Positions 1 to 9,076 of a DNA stretch of 24,026 nt are shown here, piece after piece. The notes beneath the pieces are model-generated. The model saw only the letters and a list, made by a program, of their open reading frames with translations. It was not told the DNA's origin and searched no databases. Position 1 is the stretch's first letter; each line of letters starts with the position of its first letter. The DNA comes from a candidate division WOR-3 bacterium (GTDB taxonomy: Bacteria > Hydrothermota > Hydrothermia > Hydrothermales > Hydrothermaceae), in assembly GCA_039803745.1 (NCBI GenBank), contig JBDRZD010000024.1:1-24026 (forward strand), in the 5' to 3' direction. The position numbers and the translations under genes were made by a program.

Positions 1-280
1 CTATAAATCCAACTTTTTTTTCAACCTGTTCAAATATTTTTATTTCACCGAATTTTTCTTCAAACTTTTTAATATTTTCACCAAGTGCATTATAAAGCAT
101 TTTTGCATGTTGAGGGGTCATTATTATTCTTGCAAAAACCTTTGCCTTATTTACTCCGGGCATAATTCTTGCAAAATCAATTATGAATTCAGAGGGCGAA
201 TGGATTATCATTGCAATATTTGAATAAATACCTTCTGCCTCTTTTTCAGGAACTTCAACAGGAATTGCTCCTTCTTTCAT
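1..280 (-). CDS. DUF3467-family protein (3' end runs off the window)
   Basis: Not in the ORF track; translated by hand from ATG at 280: MKEGAIPVEVPEKEAEGIYSNIAMIIHSPSEFIIDFARIMPGVNKAKVFARIIMTPQHAKMLYNALGENIKKFEEKFGEIKIFEQVEKKVGFI... The GxYSN...HSxxEFxxDF...RIIxTPxHAK...ENxxxFExxFGEI pattern matches DUF3467. SD AGGAGG at 285-290. Confidence 0.85.
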   Translation of the reverse strand, partial: MKEGAIPVEVPEKEAEGIYSNIAMIIHSPSEFIIDFARIMPGVNKAKVFARIIMTPQHAKMLYNALGENIKKFEEKFGEIKIFEQVEKKVGFI

Positions 281-289
281 TTTACCTCC

Positions 290-625
290 TTATAAAATTA
301 TATAAATTCCACAGTTTGGACATGTTCTCAATTCCTTATTAGGATTTTTTATGGCAAACATAAATACTGGCAATTTTTGATTACAATTGTTGCAGGAACC
401 TTCTGTTACAGAGGCAAGTCCGAACCCGTATCTTTTCCTGAGTCTTTCATAATTTTCCTGAACTTCAGGAGGTAATTTCTTGAATTCATTTTCTCTCTTT
501 TTTTCCCATGTGCTTATCATCTTACTTGATATATTGAATATTTCCCTGTATTTTTCATCTTTAAATATTTTTAACTTCTCATCAAGGTCATTCAAAACTA
601 TTAAAATTTTTAAAATTTTGTTCAT
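290..625 (-). CDS. C4-type zinc-ribbon domain protein (COG1579/DUF164; CT398/FlgZ-like), short form
   Basis: C-terminal YERLR...GLASV..GSCNNC-x~20-CPNCG.II pattern following a short helical segment; ATGA overlap with the upstream gene. Confidence 0.8.
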   Translation of the reverse strand: MNKILKILIVLNDLDEKLKIFKDEKYREIFNISSKMISTWEKKRENEFKKLPPEVQENYERLRKRYGFGLASVTEGSCNNCNQKLPVFMFAIKNPNKELRTCPNCGIYIIL

Positions 626-1074
626 CTTCCCTCCAGTGAGGCTAAATATTCTATAAATTCCTTTTCGTCTTCTATCTGCATGTATTTCTTATCCCTTGAT
701 AATTTTCTTGATATTTCTGCTATTTTTCCAAGCGTTATTAGATATCTTGATTCAGGATCTCTTGGAGATGCACAGAGTAAGAAAAAAAGATGCACGGGTT
801 TCTCATCTATTGCATCAAAATCTATACCTTTTTTACTTCTTCCAACAACAAGATAAACTTTGTCAAGGATTGCACTTCTACAATGGGGTATGGCTATTCC
901 TCTTCCTATGCCAGTTGATCCTATCTGTTCTCTCTTTTTTAAAGTTTCAATAATTATTTTCTTTTTATCTTCAGGTAAATCAAGTACATCAACAAGTTCT
1001 TTTAAAACATCATCTTTTTTTGTTGAGGTTAAATTTAAAATTATTCTTTCTGGCTTTAAAAGTTCCTTTAACAT
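622..1074 (-). CDS. PTS EIIA component (fructose/mannitol/Ntr family, PtsN-like)
   Basis: REQIGSTGIGRGIAIPHCR with the phosphorylatable His, and GIDFDAIDEKPVHLFFLL; SD GGAGG upstream. Confidence 0.9.
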   Translation of the reverse strand: MLKELLKPERIILNLTSTKKDDVLKELVDVLDLPEDKKKIIIETLKKREQIGSTGIGRGIAIPHCRSAILDKVYLVVGRSKKGIDFDAIDEKPVHLFFLLCASPRDPESRYLITLGKIAEISRKLSRDKKYMQIEDEKEFIEYLASLEGR

Positions 1075-1075
1075 T

Positions 1076-2005
1076 TTATACCTCCTTAAATTTATTTACT
1101 TTTTCTAAAACATAAGCATGTATTTCATCTACAAAACTATTTAAAAATTTATTTAATGGATAAGAAAAACTTTTTAAAATTGTTTTTATTTCCTTTATAA
1201 ATTTCTCTCCTTTTTTCATTGATTTCTGTATCCCTTTGTTTTCAATGACTATTTCTTTTAATTTTTTTATCTCTATTCCATCCTTTTTTTTCTTAAATTC
1301 CGGGAATTTTTTAAAAATTTGCGATTTTGTGTATATTAAAGGTAAAGTTACCTTTCCCTGTTTTATGTCCTCTTCATAAAGAAAATCTATTATATCATCA
1401 AAAATTTGATATAAGATGCCAAATTTCTTGCCAAATTCACCAAATTTTTTGTTTTTCTCTTCTCTATAAAAAGCACCAAGAATACTTGCTGATTCAAATA
1501 ATGCTCCTGTTTTTTTATAGATAAGATCAAAATAATAATCCTCACAAAAAGTGTTTTCTCTTTCAGTAAATTCCTCTATTATTTCTCCTTCACACATTAA
1601 GTAAGCTGCTCTTGAAAATTCTTTAAAAATTAAAGGGTTTTTTATTGAAGATATAAAATTTAATGCCTTTGAAAATAAATAATCACCAATTAAGATTGCC
1701 GTGTGATTCCCGAAAAGTCTATTCACAGAAATTGAGTTTCTTCTTGTATCAGCGTTATCAATAACATCATCATGTATTAAAGAAGAAAAATGAATAAGTT
1801 CTAAGGATGTTGCTATTTTTATGATATTTCTGTCATATTTTTCAAAGGCTTTTGATGTAAAAAGATTTATCACTGCTCTTAATCTTTTGCCCTCTTTATA
1901 AATAGGGGGGAATTTTGAAAAATATTTTTTAGTAAAGGCTTTTTCAATTTCTTTATTTACTTTATTTAAGGGTTCTATTATATATTCATAAGATTTAAAA
2001 AACAT
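1076..2005 (-). CDS. Long-chain trans-polyprenyl diphosphate synthase (IspB/HepT family)
   Basis: GKRLR, ELIHxxSLIHDDVIDxxxxRR (first Asp-rich motif), GDYL, KTGALF, QIFDDIID (second Asp-rich motif), GKVTLP. Start moved to ATG 2005 because the track's TTG at 2011 lies only 3 nt from the -10 box. Confidence 0.92.
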   Translation of the reverse strand: MFFKSYEYIIEPLNKVNKEIEKAFTKKYFSKFPPIYKEGKRLRAVINLFTSKAFEKYDRNIIKIATSLELIHFSSLIHDDVIDNADTRRNSISVNRLFGNHTAILIGDYLFSKALNFISSIKNPLIFKEFSRAAYLMCEGEIIEEFTERENTFCEDYYFDLIYKKTGALFESASILGAFYREEKNKKFGEFGKKFGILYQIFDDIIDFLYEEDIKQGKVTLPLIYTKSQIFKKFPEFKKKKDGIEIKKLKEIVIENKGIQKSMKKGEKFIKEIKTILKSFSYPLNKFLNSFVDEIHAYVLEKVNKFKEV

Positions 2006-2014
2006 AAACAATCT

Positions 2015-2044
2015 ATTATAAAAGTTATTAATTTTTTATGTCAA
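2015..2044 (-). promoter_or_regulatory. sigma70-type promoter TTGACA-N18-TATAAT
   Basis: Perfect -35 (2039-2044, inside the last tatD codons) and perfect -10 (2015-2020) on the minus strand. Confidence 0.8.
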
Positions 2045-2794
2045 ATTGAAAAGAATTTTAGTATTTTTATATATTTTTTCTTTAATTTCTTCTTCCTTTT
2101 TATTTAAAATTTCACTAATTCTTCTCAATGTATAAACTATATAAGAGGGTTCACACCTTCCCTTTAAGGGAAATGGAGTGAGATAGGGTGAATCAGTTTC
2201 AATTAAAAGCCTATCTTCATTTACATTTTTTAATGCCTCTTCAAGTTTTTTTGAATTATATGTGATAGAACCAGAAAAAGAGATATAAAACCCGAGTTTT
2301 TGAGTAAAAATTGCTTCCTCTTTTCCGCCTGAAAAACAATGAAAAACCCCGCTTAAATTCTTATATTTTTTTAATATATTAAATGTGTCACCAAAAGATT
2401 TTCTCGTATGAATTATTAAAGGTTTTTGAAACCTTTTAGCAATTTCAATATGTGCAATAAATGCCTCTATTTGCTTTTCCTTTTTGGAATAATTTCTGTA
2501 ATAATCAAGACCTGTTTCTCCTATTGCTATTATTTCCTTTTCCTTTGCCAAATCTTCTATTTCTTTTATATTTTCTTCAAATTCATCGGCGTCATGGGGA
2601 TGAATTCCTGCTGATGCGTATATTATTTCTTTATAATCTTTTGCAAGTTTCAAGGCAATATAAGATGATTCTGCATCATAGCCTACAACAATCATTTTAT
2701 CTATTCCATTATTAATAGCTCTTTCTATTACCTCTTTTAAATCTTCGTTAAAGGCTTCATCATTTAAGTGAGTATGAGAATCAATTATTTTCAT
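2036..2794 (-). CDS. tatD: TatD-family metal-dependent nuclease/hydrolase
   Basis: IDSHTHL, GIHPH, AIGETGLDY, IIHTR, VFHCFSG, LLIETDSPYL; follows metG, a common arrangement. Confidence 0.95.
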   Translation of the reverse strand: MKIIDSHTHLNDEAFNEDLKEVIERAINNGIDKMIVVGYDAESSYIALKLAKDYKEIIYASAGIHPHDADEFEENIKEIEDLAKEKEIIAIGETGLDYYRNYSKKEKQIEAFIAHIEIAKRFQKPLIIHTRKSFGDTFNILKKYKNLSGVFHCFSGGKEEAIFTQKLGFYISFSGSITYNSKKLEEALKNVNEDRLLIETDSPYLTPFPLKGRCEPSYIVYTLRRISEILNKKEEEIKEKIYKNTKILFNLT

Positions 2795-4755
2795 TTTACT
2801 TTAATTCCAGAAGGCACATCCTTTTCAGGAATAATTAAAACAGGTTTTCCTTCAAAATCTGCTGCAAGAAGCATACCCTCTGATAAAACGCCTCCTATTT
2901 TTTTTGGTTCAAGATTTAAAATAACCACTATTTTTTTACCGATCAGTTCATTTTCTTTATAAATATCACCTATTCCTGCAACAATGTTCCTTTCAAAATT
3001 TCCAAAACTAACTTTTAACTTTAAAAGTTTATCTTTTCCTTTTATTTTTTCTGCTTCCTTTATTTCACCAACCCTTATGTCCATTTTGCTGAACTCCTCA
3101 AACTTTATAATTTCTTCTTTTTTTTCTTCTATTTTTATTTCCTGAGTTTTTTTAAATAAAATTTCTGTTTTGCCTATTACTTTATTATCAATAAATGGAT
3201 TTTTAATTGATTCAATTTCAAAACTGTTTTCTCCTAAGGTATCTGAAATTTTTTTAGAAGAAAAAGGAATAAATGGATAAAATAAAACCCTTAATACATT
3301 TATTATTCCTGTTGCATAACCAAGAATACTTCCTGCCTTTTTATTATCCCTTTTTATTTCTTCCCATGGTTTTGCGAAATCTATATATCTATTCACATCA
3401 CTTGAAAGGGAAAGTAAACATCTTAATGCATCCTTAAATTTAAAATTTTCCATAAGTTCTGTATATTTTTGAACTGTTTTATTCATTGAAGAAATCAAAT
3501 TATTTTCCAATTCACCTGGTGGAATTCTTTCAGGGATTCTACCACCATAGTTTTTATGGATGAATGTAATAACCCTTTGGATAAGATTACCAAAATTGTC
3601 TGCAAGATGATTATTCACATTCTGGAGCCACTCATTGTAAGAAAATTCAGAGTCTTTTGTTTCAGGAAGTATAAGGGAAAGACCAAATCTTAAATAGTCA
3701 GGTGGATATGCTTTTATATAATCCTTTGCCCATATAGCCATTCCCCTACTTGTTGACATTTTTGCTCCTTCCATATTTAAGTATTCATTAGCAGGAATAT
3801 TATATGGCAGTATGTAATCTCCATTTGCCATAAGCATTGCAGGCCATATTATTGCATGAAAAACAATATTATCTTTACCTATAAAATGCACGAGTTTTGT
3901 GTCTTCATCCATCCAGTATTCTTTCCATAAACTTTCTTTTCCAATTTTTTCTGCCCATTCCTTTGTTATTGAAATATAACCAATTGGTGCATCAAACCAT
4001 ACATAAAGAACTTTTTCTTTCGCCTCTTCAAGTGGAACAGGCACACCCCATTTAAGGTCCCTTGTTATTGATCTTGGTTTTAATCCTTCTTTTATCCATG
4101 AAAGAGCATAGTTTAACACATTTGGTTTCCAGTAATTTTTTTCTTTTAACCAGTTGTATAATTTTTCTTCAAGTTTTGGAAGTAAAAAATAAAAGTGGAA
4201 TGTTTTTTTTCTTATAGGGGGTGAGGAGCATATTTTACATTTTGGTTCCAGAAGCATACTTGGTTCAAGCCATCTACCACATGCTTCGCATTGGTCTCCT
4301 CTTGCTCCAGGAGATTTACAATAAGGGCATATTCCTTCAACATATCTGTCAGGTAAAAATTTATTACAATTCTCACAATACAGGGCTTCTTCTTCCCTTC
4401 TTTCTATGTACCCTTTCTCATAAATCTTTTTAAAAAAGTTTTGCGCAAGTTCATAATGAATCTTCCTTGCTGTCCCTGAAAAGTGTGTAAATTCAATTCC
4501 CAATTCATCAAATGTTTCCTTTATCTCTTTATGATAAAAATCAACAAGTTCTCTTGGAGTGATTCCTCTTTTTTCTGCTTCAATTGTAATCGGCACGCCA
4601 TGCTCATCTGTTCCGCATATATGAATTACATCCCTTTTCATTAAATATTTCTGGAATTTAAAGTATATATCTGCTGGAAGATAGCATCCTGCAAGATGTC
4701 CTAAATGGATAGGCCCATTTGCATAAGGGAGTGCACTCGTTACAAGGATTTTCAT
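2791..4755 (-). CDS. metG: Methionine--tRNA ligase with C-terminal tRNA-binding (OB) domain
   Basis: ALPYANGPIHLGH (HIGH), GTDEHG, four CxxC pairs in CP1, YVWFDA, GKDN, KMSTS (KMSKS), and a C-terminal DIRVG...SEGMLLAA domain. Confidence 0.98.
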   Translation of the reverse strand: MKILVTSALPYANGPIHLGHLAGCYLPADIYFKFQKYLMKRDVIHICGTDEHGVPITIEAEKRGITPRELVDFYHKEIKETFDELGIEFTHFSGTARKIHYELAQNFFKKIYEKGYIERREEEALYCENCNKFLPDRYVEGICPYCKSPGARGDQCEACGRWLEPSMLLEPKCKICSSPPIRKKTFHFYFLLPKLEEKLYNWLKEKNYWKPNVLNYALSWIKEGLKPRSITRDLKWGVPVPLEEAKEKVLYVWFDAPIGYISITKEWAEKIGKESLWKEYWMDEDTKLVHFIGKDNIVFHAIIWPAMLMANGDYILPYNIPANEYLNMEGAKMSTSRGMAIWAKDYIKAYPPDYLRFGLSLILPETKDSEFSYNEWLQNVNNHLADNFGNLIQRVITFIHKNYGGRIPERIPPGELENNLISSMNKTVQKYTELMENFKFKDALRCLLSLSSDVNRYIDFAKPWEEIKRDNKKAGSILGYATGIINVLRVLFYPFIPFSSKKISDTLGENSFEIESIKNPFIDNKVIGKTEILFKKTQEIKIEEKKEEIIKFEEFSKMDIRVGEIKEAEKIKGKDKLLKLKVSFGNFERNIVAGIGDIYKENELIGKKIVVILNLEPKKIGGVLSEGMLLAADFEGKPVLIIPEKDVPSGIKVK

Positions 4756-5963
4756 TCCTTCAAAAATACTGGTTTTTTATTTCCCTTAACAACTTCTTTA
4801 TCCACTATACACTTATTATATTTACCTTTCATTTGAGGAAGTTTGAACATAACATCAAGCATCATTTCCTCAATTATACTTCTTAAGCCCCTTGCTCCCA
4901 TTTTTCTTTTATGTGCATTCTCTGCTATTAATTCAAGAGCATCATCTGTAAATATAAGTTCTATTCCTTCCATTTCAAATATTTTCTTATACTGTTTTAC
5001 TATTGCATTTTTTGGCTCAATTAATATCCTTTTTAATTCTTCTTTTGTTAGTTCTTTTAATGTAGCAATTACGGGAATTCTTCCAACAAATTCAGGTATC
5101 ATTCCATATTTTATTAAATCTTCTGGTAAAACTTTAATTTCTTTTTCCTCTTCCTCTTTTTCCTTAGCAAAACCCATCTTTTTTCCTTTTTTTCTTTTTA
5201 TTATTTCATCAAGTCCCTCAAATGTTCCACCACATATAAAAAGTATATTTTTAGTTTCTATTTGAATATAAGGTCCTTCTGGATGCTTTCTTCCTCCATA
5301 AGGCGGCACATTTGCAATTCCGCCTTCAAGGATTCTTAAAAGGGCTTGCTGAACACCTTCACCTGAAACATCCCTTACAAGAGAAGGGGAATCACTTTTT
5401 CTTGCAAGTTTATCAACCTCATCAAGGTATACTATCCCAATTTCTGCTTTTTTCACATCATAATTTGCTGCCTGAATTAATCTCAAAAGTATATTTTCCA
5501 CATCTTCACCCACATAGCCTGCTTCTGTCAAAGGAGTTGCATCATAGAGAGCAATTGGCACATTTAAAATTTTTGAGAGAGTCTGGGCAATCAGTGTTTT
5601 CCCTGTTCCTGTCGGTCCTATGAGTAATATATTGCTCTTTTCAATTTCAACATCAGATTTTTTATTATAAAAAATCCTTTTATAATGATTATAAACTGCA
5701 ACTGATATTATTTTTTTTGCCTCTTCCTGCCCTATTATATATTCATCAAGTTGTTTCTTTATTTCTTTTGGTGTTGGAATCCTTTCAATTTCATAAAAAA
5801 TTCTTTGAGGCACTTTTTCTTCAAAAATCAAATCATAACATAATTTTATACAATCTTCACAGATACTTGCTTCAAGACCTGTAAATATTCTTTTTACTTC
5901 AAGAGAACTCCTTCCACAAAAAGAACACCTTGGCACTCCTTTTGGTGTAGGAGTTTTTGTCAT
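4752..5963 (-). CDS. clpX: ATP-dependent Clp protease ATP-binding subunit
   Basis: CSFC...CEDC zinc domain, [37 protein letters not shown] loop, GARGL. Confidence 0.98.
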   Translation of the reverse strand: MTKTPTPKGVPRCSFCGRSSLEVKRIFTGLEASICEDCIKLCYDLIFEEKVPQRIFYEIERIPTPKEIKKQLDEYIIGQEEAKKIISVAVYNHYKRIFYNKKSDVEIEKSNILLIGPTGTGKTLIAQTLSKILNVPIALYDATPLTEAGYVGEDVENILLRLIQAANYDVKKAEIGIVYLDEVDKLARKSDSPSLVRDVSGEGVQQALLRILEGGIANVPPYGGRKHPEGPYIQIETKNILFICGGTFEGLDEIIKRKKGKKMGFAKEKEEEEKEIKVLPEDLIKYGMIPEFVGRIPVIATLKELTKEELKRILIEPKNAIVKQYKKIFEMEGIELIFTDDALELIAENAHKRKMGARGLRSIIEEMMLDVMFKLPQMKGKYNKCIVDKEVVKGNKKPVFLKE

Positions 5964-6559
5964 TTTATTTCTTTTCTTGTTGTAATAACTTCGTCAATTA
6001 ACCCATATTCCTTTGCTTCAAGGGGTGACATGAAGAAACTTCTGTCCGTATCTTTTTCAATTTTTTCTAATGGTTGTCCTGTATGTTTTGAAAGGATTTC
6101 ATCTACCAATTTTCTCATTCTCATTATTTCATCTGCATGTATCTTTATATCTATTGCCTGTCCCTGAACACCACCCCAGGGCTGATGTATCATTATCCTT
6201 GAATGGGGCAGTGCATACCTTTTTCCCTTTTTACCAGCACATAAAAGAACTGCTGCCATTGAAGCTGCCATTCCCATACAGATTGTAACCACATCAGGCT
6301 TTATATATTGCATTGTATCGTATATCGCAAGTCCTGATGTTACATATCCTCCAGGAGAATTTATATAAAGATGTATATCTCTTTTAGGGTCTTCTGCTTC
6401 AAGGAAAAGTAATTGTGCTATTACTACATTTGCAACCTGGTCATCAATTGGTGTGCCAATAAAAACTATTCTATCTTTTAAAAGTCTTGAATATATATCA
6501 TAAGCCCTTTCAACCCTTCCTGTTTGTTCAATAACTATTGGAATATATTGACCTTTCAT
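5960..6559 (-). CDS. clpP: ATP-dependent Clp protease proteolytic subunit
   Basis: [25 protein letters not shown] (catalytic Ser), MIHQP (His). Confidence 0.98.
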   Translation of the reverse strand: MKGQYIPIVIEQTGRVERAYDIYSRLLKDRIVFIGTPIDDQVANVVIAQLLFLEAEDPKRDIHLYINSPGGYVTSGLAIYDTMQYIKPDVVTICMGMAASMAAVLLCAGKKGKRYALPHSRIMIHQPWGGVQGQAIDIKIHADEIMRMRKLVDEILSKHTGQPLEKIEKDTDRSFFMSPLEAKEYGLIDEVITTRKEIK

Positions 6560-7746
6560 TCTATTATAACCTCCGTTTTAACTTGTGATTTTAAAAATTC
6601 CATTGCTTTTCTTCTTAAAATATCTGTTTCAATAAGTTTTAATATTCCTCTTTTTTTAAGATTTGCTTTAAAACTAAGAAAATCGGCATTGTATTCTTTA
6701 GCCATTTTTTTAACCTCTTCATCTATTTCAGAAGGAGAAACTTTTGCTCCTATCTTTTCTACAATTTTATCCAGAAGAAGTTTTGCTCTTACCCTTTCTC
6801 TTGCTACTTCTCTAAATTTTTCTTTAAACTCTTTTATATCTTCTTCTTTTATTTTATATTCATCTATCATTAAAGAAAGTTCATCTTCAATAAGACTTTC
6901 CGGGACATTAAATTTATTTATCTCAAGCAATTTTTTCAAAATTTCGTTTTCCATTTCCCTTTCTGCTATCTTTGATGCCCCCTCCATAAGTTCTTTTTCT
7001 ATACTATTTTTAAACTCTTCAAGGTTTTCAAAGTCAAAACTTTTTGCAAATTCGTCATTAATTTCTGGCAGGACTTTTCTTCTCACATCTATTATCTTTA
7101 CTTTATAAATAAATTTTTTATCTTTTTCCTGTGTGACAATCTCTACATTATCTCCCTTTTTCTTTCCTTTTAAATTTTCATAAAATACTTCGGATACATT
7201 TTTCTCATCAAAAGTAAATTTTTCTTCCCTCGCGGATAATATAACCTTTCCATTTTCATCAAATACACTGTATTTAGCATGAACAAAATCACCATCTTCA
7301 ATTCCCTCTTCTTTTGGATAGAATTCAGCGAGTGTCTCTTGATAATATTTTAACTTCTCCTCAATATCAGCGGGAGTTATTCTTTTTATCCTTCTCTTTA
7401 CTTTAAGATTATGATATCCAAGCACATCAAAATCCGGAATTATTTCAAATTCCACCTTTATCTCATATTCATTATCTTTTTTAATTTTTTCCTTTATATA
7501 AACAGGAGGTATCATTTTAATTTTTTCATTTTTAACAATTTCAACAATTTTATTTTCTGTCAATTTCTCAATTGTTTCATTTTCTATTTCATCCCTATAC
7601 TTTGAAAGAATAACATCAACTGGTGCTTTCCCGGGTCTAAAACCTTTAATAGAAACACTTTTCCCATACTCTAATGCTACTTCCTTCATTTTATTTTCAA
7701 TCTCTTCGTTACTTATTTTTATAACAATTTCCCTTTTCGTATCCAT
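6556..7746 (-). CDS. tig: Trigger factor
   Basis: Ribosome-binding signature [18 protein letters not shown], and position directly before clpP-clpX. Confidence 0.95.
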   Translation of the reverse strand: MDTKREIVIKISNEEIENKMKEVALEYGKSVSIKGFRPGKAPVDVILSKYRDEIENETIEKLTENKIVEIVKNEKIKMIPPVYIKEKIKKDNEYEIKVEFEIIPDFDVLGYHNLKVKRRIKRITPADIEEKLKYYQETLAEFYPKEEGIEDGDFVHAKYSVFDENGKVILSAREEKFTFDEKNVSEVFYENLKGKKKGDNVEIVTQEKDKKFIYKVKIIDVRRKVLPEINDEFAKSFDFENLEEFKNSIEKELMEGASKIAEREMENEILKKLLEINKFNVPESLIEDELSLMIDEYKIKEEDIKEFKEKFREVARERVRAKLLLDKIVEKIGAKVSPSEIDEEVKKMAKEYNADFLSFKANLKKRGILKLIETDILRRKAMEFLKSQVKTEVIIE

Positions 7747-7751
7747 TTTTA

Positions 7752-7788
7752 ATTATATATAATAAATGAATGAATGTAATAAAATCAA
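7752..7788 (-). promoter_or_regulatory. Putative sigma70 promoter(s) of tig
   Basis: TTGATT (7783-7788)-N18-TATTAT (7759-7764), plus a second TATAAT (7752-7757) 5 nt before the ATG; no SD. Confidence 0.55.
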
Positions 7789-7803
7789 TAACCTTTGAAA
7801 AAT

Positions 7804-8181
7804 TTAATTCTTCTTTTCTTTTTTCTTTAGATAATCTTCAATTGCAGCCTTTATACCTTCTTCTGCAAGTAAAGAGCAGTGATATTTTACAGGTGGAAGT
7901 CCATCAAGGGCGTCTGCAACCTGTCTATTTGTTATTTTTAATGCCTCTTCCAGAGTTTTCCCTTTAACCATCTCGGTAATCATAGAAGAAGTTGCTATTG
8001 CAGCAGCACATCCGAATGTCTCAAATTTACAATCTACTATTCTATCATTCTCAACTTTTATGTAAATATACATTACATCACCACAAACAGGATTACCAAC
8101 TTTACCTATTCCATCTGCATCCTCAATTCTTCCCATATTTCTTGGATTTCTAAAATGTTCAAGAACCTTTTCACTGTACAT
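7804..8181 (-). CDS. iscU: Fe-S cluster assembly scaffold IscU/NifU-N
   Basis: YSEKVLEHFRNPRN, GNPVCGD, FGCAAAIA, LPPVKYHC: three Cys plus the LPPVK chaperone-binding motif. Confidence 0.95.
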   Translation of the reverse strand: MYSEKVLEHFRNPRNMGRIEDADGIGKVGNPVCGDVMYIYIKVENDRIVDCKFETFGCAAAIATSSMITEMVKGKTLEEALKITNRQVADALDGLPPVKYHCSLLAEEGIKAAIEDYLKKKEKKN

Positions 8182-8182
8182 T

Positions 8183-9076
8183 TTAAATCACCTCCAGCAT
8201 TCTTTCCAAAGGTTTTCTTGCTTTTTCAATTATTTTTTCATCAATTATAATTTCGTCCCTTTCATATAAAAGAGAATTATAAACATCAATTAATCCTATC
8301 TTTTTCATATTATAGCAAATTTTAGGACTCCCTGCTGAATAAAATTCTTTATCCTTTATTTCTCTTTTGAGTCTTTGAATAAGTCCCTCCTCTGTCCCTA
8401 TTAAGAATTTTTTCTCCTTTCTTTCTTTTGCTAATCTTACCATTCCAGATGTTGATGCAACTTCATCTGCAATATCAATTATACAGGGGTCGCATTCAGG
8501 ATGAACTATTAAAACTGCATCAGGATGAATTTCTTTTGCTTTCTTCACTTCATCATAACTGAATCTTTTATGGACATAGCAAAAACCACTAAAGGGAATT
8601 ATTTCTTTATTTACAAATCTTGATACATAATTTGCAAGGTTTTCATCAGGCAAAAATATTATTCTTTCAGAATTTAAGGATTTAACAACCTTTATTGCAT
8701 TTGAAGAAGTGCAACATATATCAGAAATCGCTTTAACATCAGCATTTGTATTTACATATGATACAATCTTTGCATCAGGATATTTTTCCTTTAATTCTAA
8801 AACATCTTCAGGCAAGACCATATCAGCCATTGGACATCTTGCATCAATCCTCGGAGTTATAACTTTTTTATCAGGATTTAAAATTTTAGCCATTTCAACC
8901 ATAAAGATTACTCCACAGAATACAATTATTTTAGCATCCGTTTCTTTCGCCTTTCTTGCAAGTTCAAAGGAATCACCAATAAAATCAGCAATTTCCTGTA
9001 CCTCAGGTCTTTGATAATTATGAGCAAGAATTATTGCTTTTTTTTCTCTTTTTAGTTTTAATATTTCTTCTTTCAT
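8183..9076 (-). CDS. nadA: Quinolinate synthase ([4Fe-4S])
   Basis: ILAHNYQ, GDSFELA, FCGVxFM, CPMA, YVNT, CTSSNA, CYVH, HPEC, STSGM, GTE, CYNMK with three cluster Cys. Confidence 0.97.
   Translation of the reverse strand: MKEEILKLKREKKAIILAHNYQRPEVQEIADFIGDSFELARKAKETDAKIIVFCGVIFMVEMAKILNPDKKVITPRIDARCPMADMVLPEDVLELKEKYPDAKIVSYVNTNADVKAISDICCTSSNAIKVVKSLNSERIIFLPDENLANYVSRFVNKEIIPFSGFCYVHKRFSYDEVKKAKEIHPDAVLIVHPECDPCIIDIADEVASTSGMVRLAKERKEKKFLIGTEEGLIQRLKREIKDKEFYSAGSPKICYNMKKIGLIDVYNSLLYERDEIIIDEKIIEKARKPLERMLEVI

Noticed and set aside
4225..4385. Four CxxC pairs in MetG
   Set aside because: This is the known two-knuckle, two-zinc MetRS subtype.
7765..7778. Short (ATGA)n tandem upstream of tig
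   Set aside because: Two to three copies of a 4-mer in AT-rich DNA are expected by chance.
7780..7803. Possible terminator after iscU (TCAA-aggtta-TTGA followed by Ts)
   Set aside because: Only a 4-bp AT-rich stem, too weak to call; the segment fits a -35 box better.
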